Below are positions 8,711 to 16,789 of a stretch of DNA of 64,000 nt, piece after piece. The translations under genes were made by a program, and so were the position numbers. Below the pieces are notes generated by a model that made no database searches, had not been told where the DNA came from, and worked only from the letters and a program-made list of their open reading frames with translations. The stretch's first letter is position 1; each line of letters begins with the position of its first letter. Source of the DNA: Acidobacteriota bacterium. Its GTDB lineage: Bacteria > Acidobacteriota > Vicinamibacteria > Vicinamibacterales > UBA8438. Location: positions 32,521 through 96,520 of the forward strand of contig WTFV01000150.1 of the NCBI GenBank assembly GCA_011523845.1. The letters run 5' to 3'.

Positions 8711-9910
8711 CTACAACGAGTCGAGAAAAGCCGCCAGGGCGTCGCGGTCTGCCGGGGGGAGCCGCTCGAAGCCCTCCCGCGCCAGCGCCGCCTCGTTCGC
8801 GTGCCGCTGCACCGCCTCGATCGCGGTCGCCGCTTCGCCGTCGTGCAGCAGCGGCCGCCGGAACCGCAGGCCCCATAGCGGCGGCGTCCGCAGCTCACCC
8901 GGCTCGGCGCCGGCCTGTCGGATGCCGTCGCCGGTGCCGACGTCATGCAGCAGCAGATCCGAGAACAGCGGGACCGGCCGCCGGTCGAACAGCGGATTGC
9001 TGCTCGGTCCGGTCGCGAGCGCCGGCACGTGGCACGCCGCGCAGCCGATGACGTCGAACACCCGCCGGCCGGCCGCGACGCGCGGCGTGGTCGGCCCGCG
9101 CGGCGGCGGCGCCAGCAGCCGCATGAACGACTCGAAGTTGTCGATGCCGCGCCGCCCGGTGGACGGCTCGATCACGTCCTCGGGATCCGGCGTCTCGTCG
9201 CAGAGCGCGAGCTGCCGCTCGGACAAGCGAAACGTCAGCTCGCCCGGGAACAGATCGTTGGTGATCCCCATCTCGTTCCGATAGGCGTCGGCGCCGAAGT
9301 CGAGCAGCGTCGCGCGCTGCGACTTCCAGCCGAAGCGGCCCACGCGCGGCTCGCCCGTCACCAGGTCCGGGACGATGGGCGCCCGGCCGCTCACGCCGTC
9401 GCGGTCGAGATCGTAGGGATCGGCCAGCGCTTCCAGGGTCGCATCGGGAATGGCCTCGATCAGGCCGGCGCCGAACAGGGGGATGGGAACCCGTTTGGCG
9501 ATGACGTTCGCCTCGGGCGGAATGACGGACTGGCAGGCGTGCGTCGGAATGGAGAAGATCTGGAACAGCGAGCCGCGTCCCGGCTCGATGTCCCGGAACG
9601 TCCCGTCGGGCTCGCGGATGCCGGCGCGCGTGGTGGTCATCGGCGCGATCCCGCCTATGGCCGGCACGTTGTGGCAGCCGGCGCAGCTCGTGTTGTTGTA
9701 CGCCGGACCCAGTCCCTCCCCGGCGTCCTCGACCTCCAGGAAATCCTCGAGGCCGAGTCTGAACTCCTCGAGCTCGACAGGGGACAATCCGGGCAGCGGG
9801 TCGCCGGGCAGCGCCAGCCGGCGCTCCGGAAGTTGCGCCGTCGCCGGGGCCGCCGGCCCCACGGCCGTCAGTGCCGCCAGCGCCACCCCGACCGCCGAGC
9901 GCCGCGTCAC
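8711..9910 (-). CDS. Di-haem oxidoreductase / cytochrome c peroxidase-like protein (DUF1111 family), secreted
   Basis: Two CxxCH haem motifs (CAGCHNVP and CAACHVP) and LGPAYNNTSCAGCH typical of DUF1111. Chosen GTG start overlaps the upstream stop (GTGA at 9907-9910) after GGAGGA. Signal-like VTRRSAVGVALAALTAVGPAAPATAQ. Confidence 0.8.
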   Translation of the reverse strand: MTRRSAVGVALAALTAVGPAAPATAQLPERRLALPGDPLPGLSPVELEEFRLGLEDFLEVEDAGEGLGPAYNNTSCAGCHNVPAIGGIAPMTTTRAGIREPDGTFRDIEPGRGSLFQIFSIPTHACQSVIPPEANVIAKRVPIPLFGAGLIEAIPDATLEALADPYDLDRDGVSGRAPIVPDLVTGEPRVGRFGWKSQRATLLDFGADAYRNEMGITNDLFPGELTFRLSERQLALCDETPDPEDVIEPSTGRRGIDNFESFMRLLAPPPRGPTTPRVAAGRRVFDVIGCAACHVPALATGPSSNPLFDRRPVPLFSDLLLHDVGTGDGIRQAGAEPGELRTPPLWGLRFRRPLLHDGEAATAIEAVQRHANEAALAREGFERLPPADRDALAAFLDSL

Positions 9911-10395
9911 CGGTCCTCCGCGGGGTCCTCGACGACGATCGCCCCCCGCATGAAGTTGTGTCCGGCCCCGCACAGCCGCGAGCATTCGAACTCGTACCGT
10001 CCGACCTCGGCCGCCTCGAACACCACCACCGCCTCGCCCTGCCGCCGCTTCGGCACCAGGAGGTTCACGTTGCCGCCCACGATCCGGAACCCGTGCATGG
10101 TGTCGTCGCTGCGGATGCGCAGCTCCAGCGCGACGCCGCGGGGCACGCGGATCTCGGACGGCGTGAAGCTGAACCGCTCGGCGAGGATACGGACGACACG
10201 GCGCGCGCCGGGTTGCGGCCCGCCGTCCAGCTCGCACCCGCCGGGGCCGTTGGCCGGCTCTCCCGCCGCCGCAAGCTCGCCCGGGCCTTCGGCCTGCTCC
10301 GCCGCCGGCGCATGACCTCGCCCATCCGCCCCGGCGCCGGCGCCGAGCAGGAACACGAGCGCTGCGACGCGCAGCCCCGGCAAGGGCATCGGCAT
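9907..10395 (-). CDS. Cupredoxin-fold protein (CoxII/plastocyanin-like copper site), secreted
   Basis: MPMPLPGLRVAALVFLLGAGAGA signal. C-terminal HGF...ECSRLCGAGHNFM (H...C..C/H..M copper-ligand pattern). Confidence 0.7.
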   Translation of the reverse strand: MPMPLPGLRVAALVFLLGAGAGADGRGHAPAAEQAEGPGELAAAGEPANGPGGCELDGGPQPGARRVVRILAERFSFTPSEIRVPRGVALELRIRSDDTMHGFRIVGGNVNLLVPKRRQGEAVVVFEAAEVGRYEFECSRLCGAGHNFMRGAIVVEDPAEDR

Positions 10396-10416
10396 GGTCA
10401 CGCTGCGTGAACCGCC

Positions 10417-10597
10417 CCGCATCAGAACCACCACCCCAAGCCCACGTTGACGAAAGCGTCTGCCGGATGCCTGCATGCTCGCGCGAGGCCCCGCATCGGA
10501 ACCACCGCCCCAGTCCAACGTTGAAGGACGCGCCCGCGCCGTCGCCGGCAGCCAGGCCACCCGCATCAGAACCACCACCCCAGGCCCACGTTGACGG
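10417..10597. repeat. Three spaced copies (70-74 bp apart) of the 3' terminus of the porin-like gene
   Basis: ccgcatcagaaccaccaccccaagcccacgttgacg (10417), ccgcatcggaaccaccgccccagtccaacgttgaagg (10491), ccgcatcagaaccaccaccccaggcccacgttgacgg (10561). On the minus strand they read ..FVNVGLGWWF*, ..SFNVGLGRWFRC, ..SVNVGLGWWF* (the last is the real gene end). Confidence 0.85.
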
Positions 10598-11858
10598 AGT
10601 TCGGCGCCGCGACGACGGCGCTCCGGTTGCGAAGCACCGTGTAGTCCACCTTGACGGCGACGTCCGGATCCGGAAACCAGGTGGCGCCCACGATCCACGC
10701 CTCGCGGTCGAACGCGGGCAGCGCCTCGAAACCGGCCGGCATCCGATGTTGCGTGTCGAAGTTCTCGTAGCGCAGGAACACCGCCACCTCGCGCGGTGCC
10801 GGGCGGGGCACGACGAAGTACGAACCCTCCAGGTAGAAGCCCCGCATCTGCTCGGCCACGTTGGGACCGACCCCCGTCAGCCGCTGGACGGCCCGGTTCA
10901 GCGCCCCCATGCCGTCCAGGTACGCATGGGCGTAGAGGCCCCGGAGCGTCAGCTCGCCGGCGCGGTAGCGGCCGTCGGCCTCGACCAGGGTCACGCTCGA
11001 GTCCACGCGGGGGAACGCGAAGCCGGTGTCGCCGCTCCAGACGCTGGCGCCGAGCACGAGCCCCGGCGTCCCGACGTACTCCACCCGGCCCGTCCCGGCG
11101 ACGTGGCTGCCGTTGGCCTCGGCGCCCTTCTGCCGCCCGTCGCGCAACCCCTCCCCGGCACCGAACCGCGACGCGTCGAGCGTCTCCATCGCGTACGCCC
11201 GGTAGCGGAATCCCCCGCGCAGCTCGCCGTGCACCCCCGCCCCGGCACCGAACCAGGTGGTCGGGATGATGACGGTCTCCACGAACGGCCGCTCGACGCC
11301 GTGGAACACCGGCGGCTCGTGCCGCTCGTTGATCACCCCGACCGGTGCGAGCACCATTCCCGCCCGCAGGTTGAACGGACGACTGATGAGGAAATCGACG
11401 TAGGCCTGCTCCAGCTCCAGCTCGCCGTGCGTCTCCGGCGACACGACGGCGTGCTCCAGCTCCAGTTCCGACACGAAGCGGACCCGCTCCGAGAAGCTGT
11501 GGGTGAAGAGGAGCACGAAGCGGTGGAAATCGAGCACGGGATCGGCGTACTGCGCGTCGTTGACGTGGAAGTCCATGTACCCGGAGATCGGCCCGGTCCG
11601 GGACGTGGCGGCGCCGCCCGCCGGCGCGGGCTGCTGCGCGGAAGCGGCCGGAGCCCTGCCGCGGAAGCGGTAGTGCCCGACCGTGGTCGCCGGCGCCGGC
11701 TGCTGCGCGGAAGCGGCGGCCGGTGAGCGCGGCGCCCGCGCGGCGCTGCCGTCGCGCGCAGCAGCCGGCTGCTGCGCGGACGCCGTGGCCGCCCAGCCGG
11801 CCAGCAGCAGCGCCGACGCTGTTTTGCAGGACAGAAATCCTGGTTTCGTATTGTGCAT
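10566..11858 (-). CDS. Outer-membrane beta-barrel porin-like protein
   Basis: 430-aa ORF with signal peptide (ALLLAGWAATASA/QQ), alternating beta-strand pattern and a terminal ...NVGLGWWF (C-terminal aromatic). First gene of the porin-cupredoxin-DUF1111 operon. Confidence 0.7.
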   Translation of the reverse strand: MHNTKPGFLSCKTASALLLAGWAATASAQQPAAARDGSAARAPRSPAAASAQQPAPATTVGHYRFRGRAPAASAQQPAPAGGAATSRTGPISGYMDFHVNDAQYADPVLDFHRFVLLFTHSFSERVRFVSELELEHAVVSPETHGELELEQAYVDFLISRPFNLRAGMVLAPVGVINERHEPPVFHGVERPFVETVIIPTTWFGAGAGVHGELRGGFRYRAYAMETLDASRFGAGEGLRDGRQKGAEANGSHVAGTGRVEYVGTPGLVLGASVWSGDTGFAFPRVDSSVTLVEADGRYRAGELTLRGLYAHAYLDGMGALNRAVQRLTGVGPNVAEQMRGFYLEGSYFVVPRPAPREVAVFLRYENFDTQHRMPAGFEALPAFDREAWIVGATWFPDPDVAVKVDYTVLRNRSAVVAAPNSVNVGLGWWF

Positions 11859-11867
11859 GCTCTTTAT

Positions 11868-11881
11868 TTTGATTATTCAAA
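11868..11881. promoter_or_regulatory. AT-rich palindrome TTTGA-TTAT-TCAAA in the 5' leader of the porin operon (candidate metalloregulator operator)
   Basis: tttgattattcaaa lies 10 nt upstream of the porin start codon, in an otherwise GC-rich genome. No regulator binding is proven. Confidence 0.25.
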
Positions 11882-11999
11882 CTCCGGGCGCTGCTGTCAA
11901 GCACCCGCGGCCGCCCGCTGCTCCCGAGGATTGGAAGAGCCGCCTGGCTGCGCAACGGTGTTGCCTGGCGCGCGAGAATGCCTTGTACGGGATTCTCCA

Positions 12000-12239
12000 A
12001 TGTTCGATTCGCTCACGGTCGTCCGCCAGACCGACGCCGGCATCGACCGCGCCCACGCCGACGCCATCGCCGACGCTGCAAGGCAGGCTGCGGAGCACGG
12101 CGAGCACGTTGCGCCGGAGACACTACGCGCCGAGATCGCTGGTGTGCTCGCCGCCATCAGCGCCGCGGAGACGCGACTGACGTGGCGCATGCTTGCCGTG
12201 GGCGGGCTGGTAGTCGCCGCTCTGCGGTTGTTCGGTTGA
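12000..12239 (+). CDS. Small coiled-coil protein with C-terminal TM helix (DUF1640-like), intact paralogue
   Basis: MFDSLTVVRQTDAGIDRAHADAIADAARQAAEHGEHV...RLTWRMLAVGGLVVAALRLFG (79 aa). Paralogue of the frameshifted copy at 1533-1777. Confidence 0.7.
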   Translation: MFDSLTVVRQTDAGIDRAHADAIADAARQAAEHGEHVAPETLRAEIAGVLAAISAAETRLTWRMLAVGGLVVAALRLFG

Positions 12240-12248
12240 CCTGGGCGG

Positions 12249-13445
12249 TCACCCCTTCACGCAGACGACCTGCTTGAGCGTGTGGACGATGTCCACGAGG
12301 TCGGAGGAGTTGGCCATCACCGCGTCGATGTCCTTGTAGGCGCCCGGAATCTCGTCGACGACGCCGGCATCCTTGCGGCACTCGACGCCGGCCGTCTGGC
12401 GCTCCAGGTCGGCGGCCGTGTAGGCGGCCTTCGCCTGCGAACGGCTCATCCGCCGCCCCGCGCCGTGGGCGCACGACTGCAGCGACTCCTCCGCCCCGCG
12501 TCCGCGCACGATGTACGAGCGCGCTCCCATGCTGCCCGGGATGATGCCGGGATCACCGCGGCCGGCCCGGATGGCGCCCTTGCGGGTGACGTAGACGGTC
12601 TCGCCGAAGTGCTCCTCCTCGGCCACGTAGTTGTGGTGGCACTCCACCGCCGTCCCGTCCACCCGGAACGGCGGCAGCAGCCCCCGCAGCGTCGCGAGGA
12701 TGCGCGCCATCATCAGGCGCCGGTTCTCCAGGGCGTAGCGCTGCGCCCAGGTCAGCGCGTCGACGTAGTCGGCGAAGTGGTCCGACCCTTCCTCCAGGTA
12801 GGCGAGGTCCTTCGCCGGCAGGCGGGCGAGGTGCCGCTCCATGTCGCGCTTCGCAAGCTGCGTGAAGTAGCGGCCGAGCACGTTGCCGATGCCGCGGCTT
12901 CCGGAATGGAGCATGACCCAGACCCGCTCCGCCTCGTCCAGGCACACCTCGATGAAGTGGTTGCCGCCACCGAGCGTGCCGAGCTGCCGCGGCCACTTCC
13001 CGCGCACGTCCCGGATCATCTTCCCGATGCGCTCGTGGCGTTCCAGGATCCGCTCCAGGCCGGGCCGCAGCGCGTCCAGCACACCGGTGCCGGCGACCGG
13101 TTCCGCGTGCGCGGCGAATCCGACGGGGACCGCGTCCTCGATCGCCTTGCGGACCGGACGCAGCGAGTCGGGCAGTCTCGACGCGTCGAGCGTGAGCCGG
13201 GCGGCGCTCATCCCGCAGCCGATGTCGACGCCCACCGCTGCCGGAATCAGCGCGCGCCGGGTGGGAATGACCGATCCGACCGTCGCCCCGATGCCAACGT
13301 GCACGTCGGGCATGGCGGCCACGTGGCCCACCACGATCGGCAGCCGCGAGACCTCGGCGAGCTGCCGGATCGACCCCTGGTCCACGTCGTCCGTGAAGAT
13401 CTTGACCGGCACGCCGCCCCGGTCGAGCACCTGCCGAACGGGCAT
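12249..13445 (-). CDS. rtcB: RNA-splicing ligase RtcB
   Basis: MPVRQVLDRGGVPVKIFTDDVDQGSIRQL..., MPDVHVGIGATVGSV, GVDIGCGM, LHSGSRGIGN, CHHNY, IIPGSMG and SCAHGAGR are hallmark RtcB motifs. SD GGAGGGAG lies upstream. Confidence 0.95.
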   Translation of the reverse strand: MPVRQVLDRGGVPVKIFTDDVDQGSIRQLAEVSRLPIVVGHVAAMPDVHVGIGATVGSVIPTRRALIPAAVGVDIGCGMSAARLTLDASRLPDSLRPVRKAIEDAVPVGFAAHAEPVAGTGVLDALRPGLERILERHERIGKMIRDVRGKWPRQLGTLGGGNHFIEVCLDEAERVWVMLHSGSRGIGNVLGRYFTQLAKRDMERHLARLPAKDLAYLEEGSDHFADYVDALTWAQRYALENRRLMMARILATLRGLLPPFRVDGTAVECHHNYVAEEEHFGETVYVTRKGAIRAGRGDPGIIPGSMGARSYIVRGRGAEESLQSCAHGAGRRMSRSQAKAAYTAADLERQTAGVECRKDAGVVDEIPGAYKDIDAVMANSSDLVDIVHTLKQVVCVKG

Positions 13446-13645
13446 GGTCGACTGCTCCCTCCAACGAGCGAACCTTCCATTCTGGCATGGAACGGGTTTG
13501 GCCGCGGGCGAAAAACGGCCTCGCCGCCCGGCGTGCATGATGCCGAGATGGCCGATCCGGGGTGGGCGCCGCGCGGCGACGAAACGGCAACGGAAACCGC
13601 CGGGGACGAACCGGACGCGAGGCGGAGACGTGCCGAGCCGGCGGA

Positions 13646-13690
13646 CTACGCCTCCCGCTTTCCCGGTTGCCGCCCGGTGTCGACGATCAC
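13646..13690 (-). pseudogene. Relic of a vapC (PIN) toxin gene: only the first 5 codons are recognisable
   Basis: GTG overlapping the vapB stop (GTGA, as in the intact pair at 32509-32512) encodes M-I-V-D-T (compare MIIDTS of intact VapC). It then diverges and stops after 14 codons. Confidence 0.6.
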
Positions 13691-13944
13691 GTGGGCAGCC
13701 CCCGCTCGTCATAGAGAAGCTCGCCGTGATCCGCGGCCGACGGCCCGGGAGCCAGCCGTTCGGCGCAACGCTCTCCGATGGCAAGCAGCTTCTCGACACG
13801 GACATCGACATCCCGCCGGCGCTGCTCGCGTTCGAGACGTTCACGCAGCGCGAGGGTGATCGCTCCGGTCATGGTCTCGCCCATGAGTCTGGCGAGCTCG
13901 CGGGCCAGCCGGCAGGTCTCTTGGTTCTTGATGTTGAGGCTCAT
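13687..13944 (-). CDS. vapB: VapB-type antitoxin (PSK/Rv0623-like family), orphan
   Basis: MSLNIKNQETCRLARELARLMGETMTGAITLALRERLERE... 65/85 residues are identical by hand alignment to the VapB at 32509-32769, which is followed by an intact PIN toxin. Confidence 0.85.
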   Translation of the reverse strand: MSLNIKNQETCRLARELARLMGETMTGAITLALRERLEREQRRRDVDVRVEKLLAIGERCAERLAPGPSAADHGELLYDERGLPT

Positions 13945-14006
13945 CGTTCCACCACGGTAGATGAAGCAAGACCGATTCTACCCTGCCGGCCGCCCGGGCC
14001 ATCCCG

Positions 14007-14747
14007 TCATGTCTTCAACACCACGACGTCCTCGTCGAGGCCCTGCCGGCAGAGCTCCAACCGCGGATGGCGGCTGACGCCACCGACGGACAGCGTCGAG
14101 CCCAGCGGGTAGAAGGACGCCCCGTCGACGAGCCCGCGCAGCGGGTATTCCCGGCGACCGCTGCTCAGCAGACCGGCTTCCAGCAACCACGGGCCGACCG
14201 CATCACCGGACGCGACGACCTTCTCCGCAGGCGAGAAGACTCCCCGGCGCCTCGTCTCCACGAGAACGCCCCACTCGACGCACGATCGGACGACCCGCTG
14301 CACGGCGCGCGCCACCGTGGTCCGCTCGCCCCAGGACTCGGCCATGCGCCGTGCGATCTGCGACAGGGCGGCGCTTCCCTGGAGGGCCAGCAGCCGGCCG
14401 GTGGTCGCCGCCACGTCGCGGAAGAACGGATAGGTCGCCAGGCACATGCCCCAGTGCAGCGGGAGCCGATCGCGTCCGGTTCGGCCGGCCAGCAGGGTGA
14501 GTGCGTCGTCGCGAAGCGGCACCGCGACGTCAGGCACGGCCATCCAGACGTGCAGCAGCACGGTCATGGTCTTGCCCCGCGCGCTGTGGGGGCCGTCGCC
14601 GGCCACCTGCCCGTCGAGAAGCCGTGCGACCTGCGCCCGGGTCTCCGCCGCGGACAGCCCCTGGGCCGTCCACTCGGCCGTCGCGTCCAGCCAGTCCAGG
14701 CGGATCTTCCGGTCGAACCCGATGATGCGGCGCGTCGTCCCGGACAT
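14007..14747 (-). CDS. BREX-associated protein, BrxA-like by position (terminal gene of type 3 loci); function not verified
   Basis: 246-aa ORF from MSGTTRRIIGFDRKIRLDWLDATAEW... Its start overlaps the pglZ stop (TGATG, 1-nt overlap at 14747). Helical, no motif I can name with certainty. Confidence 0.6.
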   Translation of the reverse strand: MSGTTRRIIGFDRKIRLDWLDATAEWTAQGLSAAETRAQVARLLDGQVAGDGPHSARGKTMTVLLHVWMAVPDVAVPLRDDALTLLAGRTGRDRLPLHWGMCLATYPFFRDVAATTGRLLALQGSAALSQIARRMAESWGERTTVARAVQRVVRSCVEWGVLVETRRRGVFSPAEKVVASGDAVGPWLLEAGLLSSGRREYPLRGLVDGASFYPLGSTLSVGGVSRHPRLELCRQGLDEDVVVLKT

Positions 14748-16759
14748 CACGCCCGCTCGATCTCGACGAAGGGCACGACGACCTCCTCCAGGGTGATGCC
14801 CCCATGGGCCACCGGGCGTTCCGACTCGCGAACGAATGATTGGCGCCCGGGGGCCAGCAGCGCCAGGTAGCCCTCCGGCAGCCCGCTCGCCGGCCATTCG
14901 AGCGCATTCGGATAACGCTCCGCCACCCGCGAGCGCAGGGCGGGATCGGAGAAGATGCGCACGCGCTGGGCGCGCAGATCCGCCACCGAGCCCTCCTTCG
15001 GCGCGCCGCAACCGCGCGTTTCGACGTTCCCGTGGTCCGAGGTGAGGAAGACAGTGAATCCGCTGTCGAACAGCGTGTCGAGCAGCGCGGCCAGCATGCC
15101 GCCGCGGGTCCACTGGCGGATCTGGTTGTGCATCCCGCCGCTTCCGAGGGTCATGCCATGCATGATTCGATCCACGGCGTCGACCACCAGCCCGATCACG
15201 CGGACCCTGGGGTGCGACACGCGCTCCTCGACGGCGCCAAGGTCCGATCGTTCGCGCAGGTTCTTCGCGTAGACCACCGCGACCGGGTCCAGTCCCTCGT
15301 CTCCCCAGAACCGCCTCCACGCCGCCGGCTCGCGGTCGGTGGTGTCGATGCTGCCGGCGAAGTAGAATGGCGGACGCCCCGCGAAACACGCCTGCCGGGA
15401 GACCATGGTCAGCGTGGGAATCCAGGCGAAGAGGCTGTCCTCCCGGAACCGCAATTCGGGTTGCTGCTGCGCCAGCACCTCGCGGACCGCCAGCCACTGG
15501 TCGAGGGCGAGACCGTCCATCACGACCAGCGCGGCCTTGGCGCCCGTGGACTCGTGCAGGCGCCGCGCGAGCACCCGTGGAATCTGGTGAATCATCACCG
15601 GCGGCGAGGGCGGCAGATTGTGCAACGTCTCGAAGCGCTGCCGGACCCACGCCGTGAACGCCTCGTCGATCCGGCCGCGGACGCGGTCGTACCGGACCGG
15701 CGCGCCACCGTCTCCGTTGACGACGTCCGTGTCGGCCTGGAAAACCAGTGCGTTCACCTGCGCCCAGCGCGGTGCGAACGCGAGCCAGTCCTGGTGCGGC
15801 GCTGCGTCGTCCGGCATCGACGTCTCGACGGATGCCAGCAGCCGGTCGAGCCGGCGCGCCCGGTCGGCCCCCGGGTCGATCGCGATGCCCGCCCGCGCCC
15901 AGGACTCGGCGACATCCTGTCCGCGGGGATGCGCAATCGGCCGGAGCGCGCCTTCCAGGAACAGGTTGTCGATGTAGATCCGCACGTCGCTGTCGTCGAA
16001 CGGAATCCGGGCCGGACCGGAGAACGCCAGCCCGTAGTCCGCTACCGTCTCGCGCGCCGCGACCGTGGCGGACGCCGGCGCATCCAGAAAGACCGGCCAG
16101 CGCTCCTGCAGGAACGCGAAGAACGCCTCGCGGTCGGAGACCAACCGCGCCAGGGGCCACTGTGCGAACATCGGGTCCCGCCGCAGCACCAGAACGAGGT
16201 GGCCTTCCAGATCCGGCGGCAGGCGGAGTCTCCTGTAGTGGCGCCGCAGCAGGAAGCGGAGCAGGTCCGACGCCTGCCTGATCCTCTCCGGTGCGACCCC
16301 GAACACGTGCCGCAGAATGAACCCCCGGGTCTGCGACTCGCCGAGCGGTCGGCCGGGCGGTTCCCGAACCTGTGCCGCATGAAGGGCATCGAGATCGCCG
16401 CGGTCCAACGCGCTGACGACCGGACCGCTGAGGCGGGGGAACAGATCGCCGAGGCTGAACGAGAGCCGGCGCGCCGCCTGCAACACGTCGTAGGGAATCG
16501 CGTCCAGGTTCGATGCTTCGCCCCGGAGCACGACGACCAGGTCCGCAAGACCCCCGCGATCACGGCGCGATCGGTAGCGCGACTCGTAGAAGAAGCGGAA
16601 AGCGATGCGGTCCTCGAACGAGGTCACCTGGAAGCCGCGCGCCCGGAGTGTCTCCAGGATGCCCGCCTCCAAGAGCAGGCCGTCGGGATCCGCCGCGATC
16701 GTGAGGCGTGCGACTCCCGGCGTGAACTCCCGCAGGATGTCATCGCGCCAGCCGGCCAC
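14747..16759 (-). CDS. pglZ: BREX alkaline-phosphatase-superfamily protein PglZ
   Basis: 670 aa. N-terminus MAGWRDDILREF..RLTIAADPDGLL, PglZ core VVMDGLALDQW and FLTSDHGNVE. Confidence 0.85.
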   Translation of the reverse strand: MAGWRDDILREFTPGVARLTIAADPDGLLLEAGILETLRARGFQVTSFEDRIAFRFFYESRYRSRRDRGGLADLVVVLRGEASNLDAIPYDVLQAARRLSFSLGDLFPRLSGPVVSALDRGDLDALHAAQVREPPGRPLGESQTRGFILRHVFGVAPERIRQASDLLRFLLRRHYRRLRLPPDLEGHLVLVLRRDPMFAQWPLARLVSDREAFFAFLQERWPVFLDAPASATVAARETVADYGLAFSGPARIPFDDSDVRIYIDNLFLEGALRPIAHPRGQDVAESWARAGIAIDPGADRARRLDRLLASVETSMPDDAAPHQDWLAFAPRWAQVNALVFQADTDVVNGDGGAPVRYDRVRGRIDEAFTAWVRQRFETLHNLPPSPPVMIHQIPRVLARRLHESTGAKAALVVMDGLALDQWLAVREVLAQQQPELRFREDSLFAWIPTLTMVSRQACFAGRPPFYFAGSIDTTDREPAAWRRFWGDEGLDPVAVVYAKNLRERSDLGAVEERVSHPRVRVIGLVVDAVDRIMHGMTLGSGGMHNQIRQWTRGGMLAALLDTLFDSGFTVFLTSDHGNVETRGCGAPKEGSVADLRAQRVRIFSDPALRSRVAERYPNALEWPASGLPEGYLALLAPGRQSFVRESERPVAHGGITLEEVVVPFVEIERA

Positions 16760-16789
16760 CGCCGCTCCTTTCCGGGACAGCGCGGCGCA

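Noticed and set aside
10417-10597. Possible CRISPR-like array (regularly spaced repeats)
   Set aside because: There are only three copies and the repeats are imperfect. Their sequence is the coding 3' end of the adjacent porin gene, and no cas genes are adjacent. It was classed as a gene-end duplication.
9907-12000. 697-aa minus-strand ORF spanning the cupredoxin and porin region
   Set aside because: Only its last 162 codons (the cupredoxin gene) are credible. Upstream it runs out of frame through the porin gene with RRG-rich junk sequence.
13446-13645. Sigma-54 promoter (GGCACG-N4-CGCC) upstream of rtcB, by analogy with E. coli rtcBA/RtcR
   Set aside because: The -12 element does not match TTGC, and no rtcR-like activator is adjacent. 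The match is too weak.
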